A stretch of 64,000 nt of DNA from positions 104,408,001 to 104,472,000 of the forward strand of contig OX597815.1 in NCBI GenBank assembly GCA_951406725.2, in the 5' to 3' direction. Below the pieces are notes generated by a model, which had not been told where the DNA came from, ran no database searches, and saw only the letters and a program-made list of their open reading frames with translations. Below are positions 27,252 to 40,100 of the stretch, piece after piece. Origin of the DNA: Octopus vulgaris. Its lineage: Eukaryota. Position 1 is the first letter of the stretch. Each line of letters opens with the position of its first letter. The translations under genes and the position numbers were made by a program.

Positions 27252-27495
27252 CGCCAAAATAAGATCCGTCCGAGAGGCTCGTAGCAACTTCACCTTCCTT
27301 TGTTATAATATCAACTATTCCCTCTTGTATAAAATACATCTTCGTCCCAATTGTTCCTTCTCGTATTATATAGTCACCAGGCTGAAACACTTCATATTTG
27401 AGCTTACTGACTACCTCAGAAACAAACTGTGGATCTGCGTTTGTAAAGAATGGTACTGAAGCAACCAAAGATCTGCAGTTGTGGTTTATAACTTC
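27252..27495 (-). CDS. HCN: HCN channel coding exon (end of C-linker, N-terminal part of CNBD)
   Basis: Translates as [81 protein letters not shown] plus 1 nt (244 nt, phase 0/1). Acceptor tacag, donor G|GTGAGA. Confidence 0.97.
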
Positions 27496-27586
27496 CTGTA
27501 TTATGGTGAAAAAAATTAAATGCAAAGAAGAAAACAGGTTTTAGTATTAAGATATGACAAGGTACTATATAAATACGTATATACAT

Positions 27587-27635
<49 letters not shown>

Positions 27636-28269
27636 TATTTATGTATGTATGTATGTATGACGGGCAAGTTGTAGACAGAAATTGTTCTCAAATAAAGGAG
27701 TCCAGACAGAGTTAAACAACACAAGTAAGAACATTATTATCATCATCATCAGCATCAACATTGTTTTAATGCTGAAGACAAAATTTGCAGAGGTAGATTT
27801 CCTATGCATCTGGATTCCCTGTCTATCTCCAACGCTCACCTGTTTTAAAGCTTATAATATTATCCTATGTCCAGACATTTTTTCACAAAAGATTGGAAAT
27901 GAACTTCACTGCTTCTATTGCAGTACTGTCAATTTATGGCAATGAAAACAATGTCAAAAAAACAAGGAGGTACAAACATATGCACACTCACATTCTATGT
28001 AGGTGTACATACATATATGACTGGCTTCTTTCAGTTTACATTGCCCAATTTAGGAGGCTTTGGTCAGCCTGAAGTTATTGTAGAAGATGCTTTCCCAATA
28101 TTCATTACAATTTTTAACTGCATTGCAACACACACACACATACAGTTTAGTGAAACTGAATTTTATCTCATGATTCAAGACTCATACCACAGTGATCTAC
28201 AAACAAGATCTCATACAGATAAGAATCATGTGGCAATATGAAAATAAAGCTAGAGATAAAAATTCAGTT

Positions 28270-28850
28270 TCAAATGAAATACTACATCAGAAGTGTGGAC
28301 ATATGCTGCATGCAAGAAGTAAGATGGAGGAGTGCCTCAGCCAATCTTCTTATGGGTAAAGAACAAAGGCCCAAATTCTACTGGGTAGGCTATAGTGATA
28401 GTGTGGTGGGGCTGTAAGCACACATTTGATTGAGAAACGGACAAGGCAAGTGACTGAAGTTGTTGGAGTGTAGGACTGGATAATTAAGTATAAACTGGTC
28501 CTGTAAAATACAACAGACATTTGTCTTTGCATGTGTTCCTCAATATGAATTTGCAAATGAACAGAAGGGCTGATTCTATGAAGCATTTTTGCAAGTTACC
28601 TCAATGATGAATGGCAATGGCCTTATAATCAAAGTTGAGCAGTGCTCCAATAGATTTCATGGTCTATATGGAGGCCGCAGCTCTAGTTCTGGAAATGAAG
28701 GTAAAATGAGGCTGTTATACTACTACTTTGCAATTCATATGATGATATGCAATACTAACTTCATAAAAACAACCAGCCAGGCAAACACCTGATTACCTAT
28801 CAATCTGGTGTATACACAAGTCAGATTTATTACATCTTTTCCAGAAAATG
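28270..28850 (+). mobile_element. Old LINE AP-endonuclease remnant
   Basis: VDICCMQEVRWR ... FHGLYGG...GNEGKMRLL...MICNTNF...HLITYQSG..SQI resemble RTE APE motifs. Confidence 0.6.
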
Positions 28851-30080
28851 AAATAGACTATTGGTTGGGAAAGTGGAGTTCTTTCTTGGGGAAGAATGTG
28901 CAACTTGATATAGGTATATATGTATGAAGAATCCATTTTAAGTGAGATATGGTTGCTAGCAGGTTGAGCAACTATGTAAAGGCTTCCTCATTGGTCTACA
29001 ATTTAGGGAAGGCTGGCAGCTAATTCTAGTAAGCCGAGTGACTATGAAATAGGTTGTATATAATGAATGATTTGAGCATATTTAACAGTTATTTCTATCA
29101 GGTCAAGCGGTCACATTTAGGATTCTATATTGGTTCACAAGACATGTATTAATTGCTTCAACAAGAATTTCATTGGGTCTCTAGGCATGAGGCGTCATCT
29201 CATGTGTCTCACATCAGAAGCAGGGAATAATGAAGCAATGTTATCTGAAACAGATTGGCAGTGTCGCTAGTGGATAAGTGCCTTCATATTTGCTAAACAT
29301 TTTCTAATGAGATACTCATCCTAAGATATATGATTTATAGAAATTTGTGCAGATATATGTTCATCAATAAGTTATAAAACAGAATGGAATTTTTGCAAGG
29401 GTCAATAAGATTGATTGAAGTGAAAAGTAAAGGTAAAAATAAGTGAATAGGTTAAAAAGTAGAGGAATAAAAATCAATGAAGAGGCAATCGTTGTGAAAT
29501 CTTGAGGTAAGAAATGATGTGAAGCTTGTAAGGGAGAAGGAATGGGAGATTCAGTATGTGAGACTGATGGAATGTAATAGAATTAGAGAGGTAGGTAGTT
29601 AGGTAATAGGTAGTGTGAGGAAAGACCGGTCATGTTGTGTGAGTTGACCAGTGATAAACACATACACACACTGCTCCAAAGATGTTAAAAAGCAAGGAAG
29701 TGAAGCAAATTAGTAAAATGTTTGGCATAATTTGAGGAATAAAGTGTGAGTATTCAAATTTCTAAAAGTTGAGGCTCCTAGTTGGAAAATAGGTCAAATT
29801 TTTCATTAAGTTGGCAGATAATCTTTGAGCCATGGTTTTAGCAAACAGCAATGATGTCTAGGTGAGAGAGTGACCAGCATTAAAGTAATGAACCATGAAT
29901 TTTAGGATACCAACAACATTACTGTGAACTTCTGATTGATGTTCACAAAGTGGTCACCTAAACAGCAACCAATCATACTTATAATATATAGATATCAGTG
30001 GATTTGGGATATTTGGAGTTGTGGTGTTGGAGATGAAGGGGCTAATGCAATAGTTGCAGTAATATGTACATTGCAGCTTA

Positions 30081-30297
30081 GGAAGGGGTGCTGAAAAGTT
30101 ACTGGCTTTACACATGTTACAAAAGACTTGGTTGGAGGCCCAAACTTCCAAGTTCTTTTATAGGGCTTACAAAAACTGAAGAACCACTGCAATAAGTGTG
30201 TGAATCTAAGCGGGGAATATGTTCAATAAAATCATAATTAACTGATCCTCCTGTATTTTCTTTTAACCAAAGCCAGGAACTTTTCAGCTTTCTCTCA
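30081..30297 (+). mobile_element. Mariner-derived MITE (internally deleted), copy 1
   Basis: TIRs ..gctgaaaagttactggcttt / aaagccaggaacttttcagc. The interior retains the transposase C-terminus GLQKLKNHCNKCVNLSGEYVQ*. Homologous to 53846-54068. Confidence 0.85.
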
Positions 30298-30397
30298 TAG
30301 GTGTGGTTGGAGATAAAACAGTTCTTTACCAGTTAGTATTGAAATTTTTAAAAAATCGCTAAATCTACGATAATATTGACTCTGAAAAAGTACTTAC

Positions 30398-30544
30398 CTG
30401 CCGTAAGCATTCGTTTAATTCACCAAGGATGGTATCTTCATCAAACATTTTCCCTTGGAACCGATGTTCATAATAATCGGAAATACGCTGACGGAGTGTT
30501 CGAGGCAGTTTGCGACACACCATATATTCCTCTACTTGTTTAAA
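30398..30544 (-). CDS. HCN: HCN channel coding exon (C-linker)
   Basis: Translates as [49 protein letters not shown] (147 nt, phase 0/0). Acceptor ttttag, donor CAG|GTAAGT. It is absent from the ORF track and was found by reading the minus strand. Confidence 0.95.
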
Positions 30545-32613
30545 CTAAAACAAATAAAAATAAAAGGATTTTCATTTTAAGTTTTACATTTAAACCATTT
30601 TGTAAAAGTTTAGAGTGTGCATATATAAATATACATATATATATATATATATATATAATGCATAATGCACACAAAATGCATTGTATAAACATATACAGCA
30701 TACATATATATATACATATACACTTCTTAAGAGTGATGTAAGGATGTCACATACCCAGTATATATATATGTATGTTGTATATGTTTATACAATGCATTGT
30801 TTGTGCATGAAGTATGTGACATCCTTGCATCACTCTTAAGGAGTACTGACTAACGTTCTCTCCAACCCATATATAGGTTAATTAACCCCTCCAAAAGCCA
30901 GATGAGTATAGTTACTAAGTGCTTCTTTGATGATGTTAACCTCAAAATTAGTAGTAAGAGATAAGATCAATGAAACAGTATTATAACTGTTAAAATGTAG
31001 TTCCATGGCATTGAATATAAGTAGGTTACAGATTTATCCAATTTAATATTTTTGTATTTTTATCTCTTTATATCAAAATCCTTCCTCCTGAAATCCCTGA
31101 ATTTTAGGAAACAATTCACCATAATTAGCAATTTGCACCTTAAAATAGTGATGAATGTGAGGGAATATCATAGTAACCCTTACTGGGTAAATTGGGGGAG
31201 GGTGACCTGATATTTGATGCCTTCATAGGAAGTTTTGATAACACTAAGATTAGTGATCTTTCTGATTTACTTGCTATTGGTACTTTTAGAAAGTAAACAT
31301 TTTTCTAGTAGCTCAGGTGTGAACAGAGATGAAGGTTAGCAATCGCACACAATATGAGAATCCACAATATAGATAAATTCTGGAAAAACTTGGTTGGCAT
31401 ATTTAAGGAGTTTAGCTTAGGTTTAATTATTATCATTATCCATATACCATTGGCTAACCTTTAGGATATTACATTCAATATTATGACAGATAAGCAATAA
31501 GTTTACTGAAAAACAATTAAACAGACTGTATTTGTCCATGAATATTCCTATAATCCCCAGCTTTATAGTTAAAAACTTGACAGCTGGTATAAGAAGGAAA
31601 GTTTCTAAACAATCTTTAGATAGGGAAATTTTAAAAGAACATCTCCCTGCTTTGTAAACATATACTAGCCAGGAGTATATTCTGTGCAACAAAAGTTATA
31701 ATGAGTCAAGAGTTAATATCTGAGCCAATATCCTTAACCGGGACCTTATATTATACTTCTTCATGTGTTATGGAATGAGTATGGGAAAGGTGTATGGTGC
31801 AGTAACACTGCCATCTTGCCTCATACTCAGTTTTGAAAACCCTGTACACACCTTTTCCTCCCTTACCTCGGATGATGGAAACCACACCATCCAATACATT
31901 GGCCAAGTCATCCTTTAAGTGCTCTTTGGAGGGCATACAAAGAGCTCCTCCACTTTTTGAGGGTTTGTACTATGTTACTCTTCTGCTTATCCTTTCTTTG
32001 ATAAAATCATCAGGTGAGGGATCACAGTTTTCATGAAGTAACTTTCCACATTCTTCATTTTCTCAGAGAAATGTGTTGTATTTAAAACATCTTTTTAACT
32101 TAAGACTATAACAAAACTGTTGATGTCTGCTTAGTTATGAAAATTTTGTCAGTTACCAAGGTCTATGTTTAGAAAAATTGATTCATCTGTGATTTCTTTT
32201 CCATATTTTTTGAAGCACCAATGTCTGCATGTATTATTGTAATCACACATGTTTGTGTAAAAGCTATAATTTTTCTTTGTTTGTCCTTTTCATGTAGTTT
32301 GTGTCTTTATTTTCAGAATTTTCAACAAATATTTTTATATTTAAAAAACATTGGATGTTAAGCTTACTGCTATTTTCTGTTTTTTGACCTTTCACCTCTC
32401 TACCTCAGCAGAAAAAATTAATCTTTGAAATTTGTAAATAATTAAAATACTTTTATAATTAAATGCTTAAAAGACAGGCCTTTTGTTTTCCTTGAGGAAA
32501 TGGTGCAGGCATACCAAAGTTACAGAATATCTTTTTTCTAAATATTCCAGAAAGAAACTTTTTCATTCAATGAGACATGGCAAAATTCAAGTAAAACATA
32601 TCCAATGTGAGCA

Positions 32614-32660
<47 letters not shown>

Positions 32661-32668
32661 TGATAATG

Positions 32669-32723
<55 letters not shown>

Positions 32724-32994
32724 TAATAATAATCATAATAATAATAATGATGATGATGATAATTATAATAGTTTCAAATTTTAATACTAGGCCAGCAATT
32801 TTGAAGGGGAGGGGTTAGTCAATACTATCAACCATAGTACTTCACTGGTACCTTCTGGAGGATGAAAGTACTTCACTGGTATCCTGAAGGATGAAAGGCA
32901 AAGTTGATCTCAGCAGGATCTGAACTTAGTACATAAAGAATTGGAAGAAATGCTATAAAGCATTTTGTTCAATGCTTTAATGATTCTGCTAATC

Positions 32995-33060
<66 letters not shown>

Positions 33061-33845
33061 TAATAATAATAACAACAACAATCTTTTCAAGACCTAAAAT
33101 TTAGGTGGTGGATTACTTGCTTACATTGGCCCCATTGCTCAGTTGGTACTTGTTTTATTGACCCTAAAATGATGAAAGGCAAAATTGACACCAGCAGTAT
33201 TCAAACTCAGATAGTAAAGCTGAAAGAAATGCTGCTAAGCATTCTGTCCAGTGTGGTAACAATTTTGCCAGCTCATCCATGATGATGATGAAAAATGAGG
33301 TAGAAAAAGGAGGAAAGGAGGAGGTAGATGATTAAAGTAGATCTCTTTCCTTATACCAAAAGTAACAAAATCAATAGGAAGATCCAGGCAAATATGAGAT
33401 AAAGGTTAAGAATGAATGTATGCTCTGCTAAAAGCTCCACTCATATATCTAACACACATCTCAGATAGAAGTGAATAAGACACCTTGAAAGAAGGGAATA
33501 TACTGATTATATTGCTTGGTTGTAGAAGAAAAACATCAAAGAGAATGACAAAAAGATACTATAGAAAGATTGTCGGCTTTCTTTAAGTCTCACTTCATAG
33601 TAATGTAGTTACATTTCTAATAATAAAAAATGAAATTGCAGAGAATGTAAAGAAGTTATGATAATAAATTTAATCATCGTTTCATACCATATTAATAACT
33701 GCACAGTAATCTGCTAATTTATCTATTCTTGCATGAGAAGTATTGTTGCACATGTTAATCCAGAGACAAGGAAGATCATGAATTATGTTGCTGCTGAATT
33801 GTGACTGACTGACACACATGAATACATACATACATGCACCCCACC

Positions 33846-33881
33846 ACACACACACATACATACATACATACATACATACAT

Positions 33882-33920
<39 letters not shown>

Positions 33921-33982
33921 CATACATACATACATACATACATACATACATACATACATACATACATACATACATACATACA

Positions 33983-34013
<31 letters not shown>

Positions 34014-35041
34014 CTGACAAGGAATGTTACAGGTATCTAGGGGTGGATGAAAACAAATCTTGCAACCTGTAACAAAACACATGTCACTAAAGAATATTAC
34101 AGCTGAATAAAGAAAATTTGGATATCAAAACTCTGTATTCAATAAAACAGTGACTCACAAATTGTTTGCATACCAACATTTGGGCTGCTTGATTGGATGC
34201 TTGATGAAATCCCAGCCATTGATGTGAAAACCCGAAAAATATTAACAAGCATACATAATTTTCACATAAACAATAACGTAGACCAGCTCTACCTAAAACA
34301 AAAACAAGGTGGCAGAGTCTTAACATCGATCCCAAATCCCTTTGAATATCGTATCATATCCCTTCGACAACATCTTTTAACCACCAAGTTATGAAGTGCA
34401 TCTCTTGACCAAGTTTGCATACATGAGGCTGATAACATCACAAAGCTTTGAAGGCAGTTCCTTGAACAATATTTTTTGTCTGATAACCTAGAATACATGC
34501 CCAAAGAAGTTGCATGACTCTACTGCGACATATCATCAGATGAAAGGACGAGCTTATATCAGCAGACTATGCATAAAATATGTTAGTAGAAAGCTCTAAG
34601 ATATTAGTAACATTAATCATCAAAGCAATCTATCATGGACGAATAGCCGGATTACTACCTCCCACTTTGAAGGGCATGTGTTTGCAATCCAGGAACAGGA
34701 AATATCAACCAAGTACCTGATGTACAAAAGGGATAGAGATGCAGGACAAAACAGTAAAATGTGACACCTGATGCAGACTTTGTGGAGTTAACACTGAAGA
34801 TATCACCCACAGCATAAGCAGTTGTTCGAAAATGTCATCACGGTATTATGACATGCATACATACATACATACATACATACATACATACATACATACATAC
34901 ATACATACATACATACATACATACATACATTCATGCATGCATACATACATACATACATGCATACATACATACATACATACATACATACATACATACATAC
35001 ATACATACATACATACATACATACATACATACATACATACA
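33846..35041. repeat. (CATA)n microsatellite blocks (33846-34011 and 34855-35041), representative of the many (CA)n, (TA)n, (TAA)n, (GAT)n and (GA)n tracts
   Basis: Directly visible in the sequence. Similar tracts occur at e.g. 1-62, 2660-3060, 5457-5560, 12595-12680, 32615-32760, 54070-54360 and 55675-55900. Confidence 0.97.
34012..34850 (+). mobile_element. R4/Dong-like (RLE-type) non-LTR retrotransposon internal fragment
   Basis: Translated pieces ECYRYLGVDEN, IDVKTRKILT...VDQLYLKQKQGGRVL, EGHVFAIQEQEISTKY and a CCHC knuckle CRLCGVNTEDITH..SSC. Frameshifted and bounded by (CATA)n on both sides. Confidence 0.8.
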
Positions 35042-36555
35042 TGATGGCTGTCTACTTGTTAGATGAGCATGACCATTGCTGGCAGATATGTGTCAGCAAT
35101 GTCCTTGCAAGGGTTTTAAATTGGGTGCAGCTTGGGCAACATTTCAATGACTCTCACTACCAATACCAAAAAACCCAAGGACAAACTAGGTGCAAGATTT
35201 CCAGCTCAATAAAGCAGCAGGTTTTATCTATAAGTCAGCCTTCTCCTAGAGGAATGCCTTGACAAAGACCAGGGCTCCCTCATTCCTAGTGGGATTGTTT
35301 GTTCAGTCAATCTTCATTTATCTGTTATTGTTGTTGAAGAAGATGACCAAGGACATCAAATGGAAGAAAAAGATGGAACATGGTCTGTCTGGCTGAGACC
35401 AATCAGTCTGATGCATGTTTGGAAGGCTCTACCACAGATTGGGTACTGGTCGTCTGCAGGAACTGAAAGCAAAGTGTTGACTCTGGACTTGCACAGTTAA
35501 TTTTCCTTTGTGCCCCTGCAATTCTGTTCCATTTGTAGGAGGTAGAACCTCTGCTGGTGCTACGTCTTACAAAGGATTATGGTGCCTTTGGACACTAACC
35601 ATTTGTATGTCCTGGCACATGCATACATACACACACACACACACACATACATATGCATACTTACATATATGCACATATGTACATACACATGCATACACCT
35701 ATACATACACATAATCATAAATATACATATATATACAGCCACACATACATACAGGCTAACAAGATTTATTTTGAATCCTCACCCATCATCTTTTACTTGA
35801 ATAGCTTGATTAAATTGACTTAAGAACTTGACAAGTACTTTACTTTCTCAACCATAGAAGCATGACTGGTAAAGTTGACCTTGATGGTATTTGAATTAAG
35901 AACATGATTGTGGGGTGCCCTGGTAACCATTCATTTCAAATTGAGGTAAAATTATGCAACAGATAAGGACATAACTTAAACTTCTACTCAAATGGTAAAT
36001 GGCCAACCTAAATGGGTCAAACATGCACAGTAGAGAACTTGAACTAAATAACACATTATAACTTGTCTGATGCTCTGTCAATTCCTCCAATCTACATCCA
36101 ATTTGCACTGTCTTAGAATAGGAAAGACAACTGAGATATTTCTAAGATCCCTCTCTAACAAACAGTCAACATATTTTATGAATTGTTACATAGTATGCAT
36201 GAACATATATAAAGGCACTTAAATACTCATAAACATACAGTCATACATTCACATGTAAAGACCAATATGGAACTAAGCTATGGCAGACTTTGTATCATTT
36301 GTTAAAAAGTTGTCTAATTAAAGAAATTTTAAGTTCATTTTAGGTACTATTATAATATATAGCCCTTCAAAATTACTTTGCTAATGACATAGTAAAGCAA
36401 GTTGAATATTTTTCAATAAAAAAAAATGTGAAATGGAAGAATCCCCATAGAAACCATTATTATTTTAATTAATTGATTGATTAATGAGTGAATAAATGAA
36501 TTTATTTATTAGAATTTAACAGAATTTAGATAATTTCAAATTGCAAAATAATTAC

Positions 36556-36774
36556 CTTTTCGTTGTAGAGTCGTCTTGATGTGTCAAAAGACTGTATAAG
36601 TGTTGTCGTGTGACCTAGGAATAGTGCGTAGCAGGTGGCGCCACTAAGCATACTAAGAATTGTGAGCCAGGTATCAGTCATATTCTGCGGTGGAAACCGG
36701 CCATACCCTATACACAGCATGTGTGATAAAGCCTTGAAAAGAGCCCAAGTATATTGCTCAGCCCAATGTGCTTC
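36556..36774 (-). CDS. HCN: HCN channel coding exon (pore helix, CIGYG filter, S6)
   Basis: Translates as [73 protein letters not shown] (219 nt, phase 0/0). Acceptor is a pyrimidine tract plus tgatag, donor AAG|GTAATT. Confidence 0.97.
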
Positions 36775-37059
36775 CTATCAGGGGACAAAGGTAAAAGAAA
36801 AATAGAAGAGAAAAATAATCAATATTAATTAATTATTGTTATATTTCAAAATGCAGAATTAATCAAATGCAATAAACACAAAATTATTTAATATAAGGAA
36901 GGTGATAAAATGTAATTAGGCATTTCTGTCGCAAATACAGAAATATGTATCAACAGATACACAGAACAAAATCTGCTTCATACTTCACCAAACTGTAAAT
37001 TAAACAAAAACAAAAATAATGAATCAGATATCAAATAGTTCATAATAAATGACATGTAT

Positions 37060-37385
37060 ACGTGTAATTGTTACTGGACTTGTAATGTAGCTTTCATGCA
37101 AGAATAATAGAATATCTTTTATGCAATTGTAAATGAAAATATTGTAAAGTATTTTTTAAATAATTTTTACTGAATACGTTAGAATATATCTTATACATAA
37201 TTGTTGATGAAAGATGCAATGTATTTTTATATAATTGTCACTGAATATGTTGTCATGTACCGATGATGTATTTTTTTGTTAATTGTTACTAAATGTGTTG
37301 TAATGTATTCTTTATGTATGTATTACTGATTATGTTGTAATGTATATTTTGTGCAATTGCTACTCAAAATGTTGCAATATATAGA
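37060..37385. repeat. Degenerate ~36-bp AT-rich minisatellite
   Basis: Recurring aattgttactgaatatgttgtaatgtattttt-like units. Confidence 0.6.
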
Positions 37386-39899
37386 TCATTCATATATGTA
37401 ATATTAATTTGCTTGAACATATTTTTGAACATGTATATTTTACCAGAATTTTGTATATTAAGAATATGTCACGACAGTGAAAAATATGTTGATAGTGAGA
37501 TAAACAGACAGATAAATAGACACTTTTGAAAATATTCTACCAAAAAGAATCACTTATTTTGTATTTGTATGTCCAAATGGGAAAATGTCAAGGAATTTGG
37601 ATCTTTTGACAAAGGGCTAAATAAATAATGCAGTACATTGAAGGACTTAGGTAAAATATCCAGGGACATGCTCTTTATGAAAACCAAAGAGTAAGTTAGA
37701 TTCAAGCATTTGTATATTAACTCCAACCTCTCAATTTTGTTTTGAGGCTGTATAAATTCTTGGTTAATTCTCTATTTTCATTCTTTTATGTTATCATGCC
37801 ACTCAATGTTTATTCAACAAAAATCTGTACATCTGCAAGTCATCTTTGTCAGTCACTTAGACTACAAATCACTGAGGAAATCCATTGATATGAAATGCTT
37901 CTTGAGTTAGCCCTGTACTGTAAATATTAGAGTCACCTTTTACTGCATTGCCCACATTCTATTTTATTTTAATTAAACATCATGATTGTCTCCTTATACT
38001 TTCTTGATCCAAATTAATCATTAAGCTAGTGATTCTTTCTGCTCACCATATCTGTAATTTTAATTAATCAACAATTTCTTGACTCACTATAGTATGTTAG
38101 CACAGATTTTACCAATATAGTACATACATATTGCATTTGACATCAACAAAGATATTAAATTTGAGATCTGCTCTTACATCAAATATGATCAAGTCTCTAA
38201 TCTTAGGTACACAGGATATTACTGAAACTCAGAGAAGCTATATTTGAAAATAGATATGAAGGAGATCATCACAAGAGAATCAGGAAATCCTTAGTTCAAA
38301 GTCATCTCTTTGTTTCTAAATATCAGAAATATATTCTACTGGAGGTAGAATAATATTATCCACATTGGATAACATATAGTTATATAATAATTATAATTTA
38401 TCAAAGCTAAACAGAACACTGAAGAAGGAGGTTATGTAAACAGTGTTTGCAGGCATCTAATTCAGTTATGGATTGTAAGATAGTGCATATAAAAGCAATG
38501 CACCAATGATGGAGACTGCGAGTGGCATAGCACTTGATGCGGGAAGTAATTGATGAGTTTGATTATTAAGATGACCTCATCAAATATGATCTTACTGAGG
38601 TCATTGTTAGCATCCACATGAATAGAATAATTTTAGTCCTCTCTACATTGATACCAAAAGGATTTTCTTTTCTCCTAAAGTTATAAAGTATGTATCATCA
38701 ACTTTTCCATGAAGAAATAATCTTATTACATCTTTTAAATATTCATTTCTATCACTATTAACATTATTATAGCCTTCTTCTGAATTGTATTATTAATGTT
38801 CCATTCTGAAGGTTAAGAACTTTCAAGTGTATAGATTTCAAACATATAGAAAATATTTGAATTTTCCTTAATTTTCAGCTGGCATGTAACGAAATTGTAG
38901 CAAAGCCAGCATGTATAAAAGCCAGTGACACTCTTATACAGTTAGTCCTATCATCTATTAATGAAGACAAAGATTTTATATATATTTAGACATTGGCATG
39001 TTTGTGTGGTTAAACAATTTGCATCAACTATGTGGTGTGCATCACCTTAGGCAAGTGTCTTCCACTGAAGCCCTCAGCTGACCAATATCTTGTGAGTGAA
39101 TTTTGTAGATGAAAACTGCACAAAAAGTGTTTTATTCATGTATGTTGTGCGCGCACATGTGTGTGTGCGTGCACGTGTGTGTGTGTGCACGCACGTGTGT
39201 GTGTGCACGCACGTGTGTGTGTGTGCACGCACGTGTGTGTGTGTGTGTGTGTGTGTTGTATGTGTCTGTGTTGCATGCTTCACAGCAAAAGAAGTACAAA
39301 GCAACAAATGGTAATGTTTGTTGTAACAAATCATCTGTTGGCTCGGTATTTTTCTAGCCATGTGAAATAAAAACTTCTTTACTTGAAATACAAACAACAG
39401 TTAGTGATAAGAAGAGCATGATGTAAATACATTTAACCCCACTGAAAAAAAAACCCAGACATTAGACCACACAAAATAAATTATATATATACTTTTTCAT
39501 TAAAAACACAGTCTCATATCCAGAAAATGGATATATAAAATGCACTTGTTTATTTTAATGTATGTACCTTGAATAATTATTTTCCACATTTAAGCTGTGT
39601 GTGTGTGTGCGTGTGCAAGTGCGTGTGCATGTGTGTGTTATTTTCCTCCCTTCTTACTCTGGCCCATCCTTTTGTTCCCTCTGAGTCATATATATATTTC
39701 CCCCTTCCCATATAACTTTCTCCTTCCTTTTATCTCCCTACTTTCTCCTTACTCTCCTTATTCACCCCTCTTTTTTCCCCCCTCATTATGTTTTCACCAA
39801 CACCTAACACATGCACAAATGTATACACGTACCACTCCTCTGCAAACTGACTAGTCACCCAGTAAGAAGATACAGGCTACAACAGTTATAGTCCTGGAC

Positions 39900-40075
39900 G
39901 CTAAAACTATGGAGGATTTGCATGGGGACTTTACAAGGTGGCTGGAGTGCTACAACAAGTGCATTGAAATCAGAGGGTCCTACTTTGAAGGTGATTTGAG
40001 TTTTGTAGTTCTTTGAAATTAATAAATATCTTTCCCAGAAAAGTCTCAAAACATCCAGAATGCATCTCTTATGTA
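39900..40075 (+). mobile_element. Mariner 3' end fragment
   Basis: Translates WLECYNKCIEIRGSYFEGD, a typical mariner transposase C-terminus. Confidence 0.6.
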
Positions 40076-40100
40076 TGTACATATATGGCAGAATCATATA

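Noticed and set aside
29420-31930. Possible very old LINE remnants flanking the C-linker exon (29420-29960, 31020-31930)
   Set aside because: Composition suggests decayed retroelements, but I could not read a convincing diagnostic motif; a profile search is needed.
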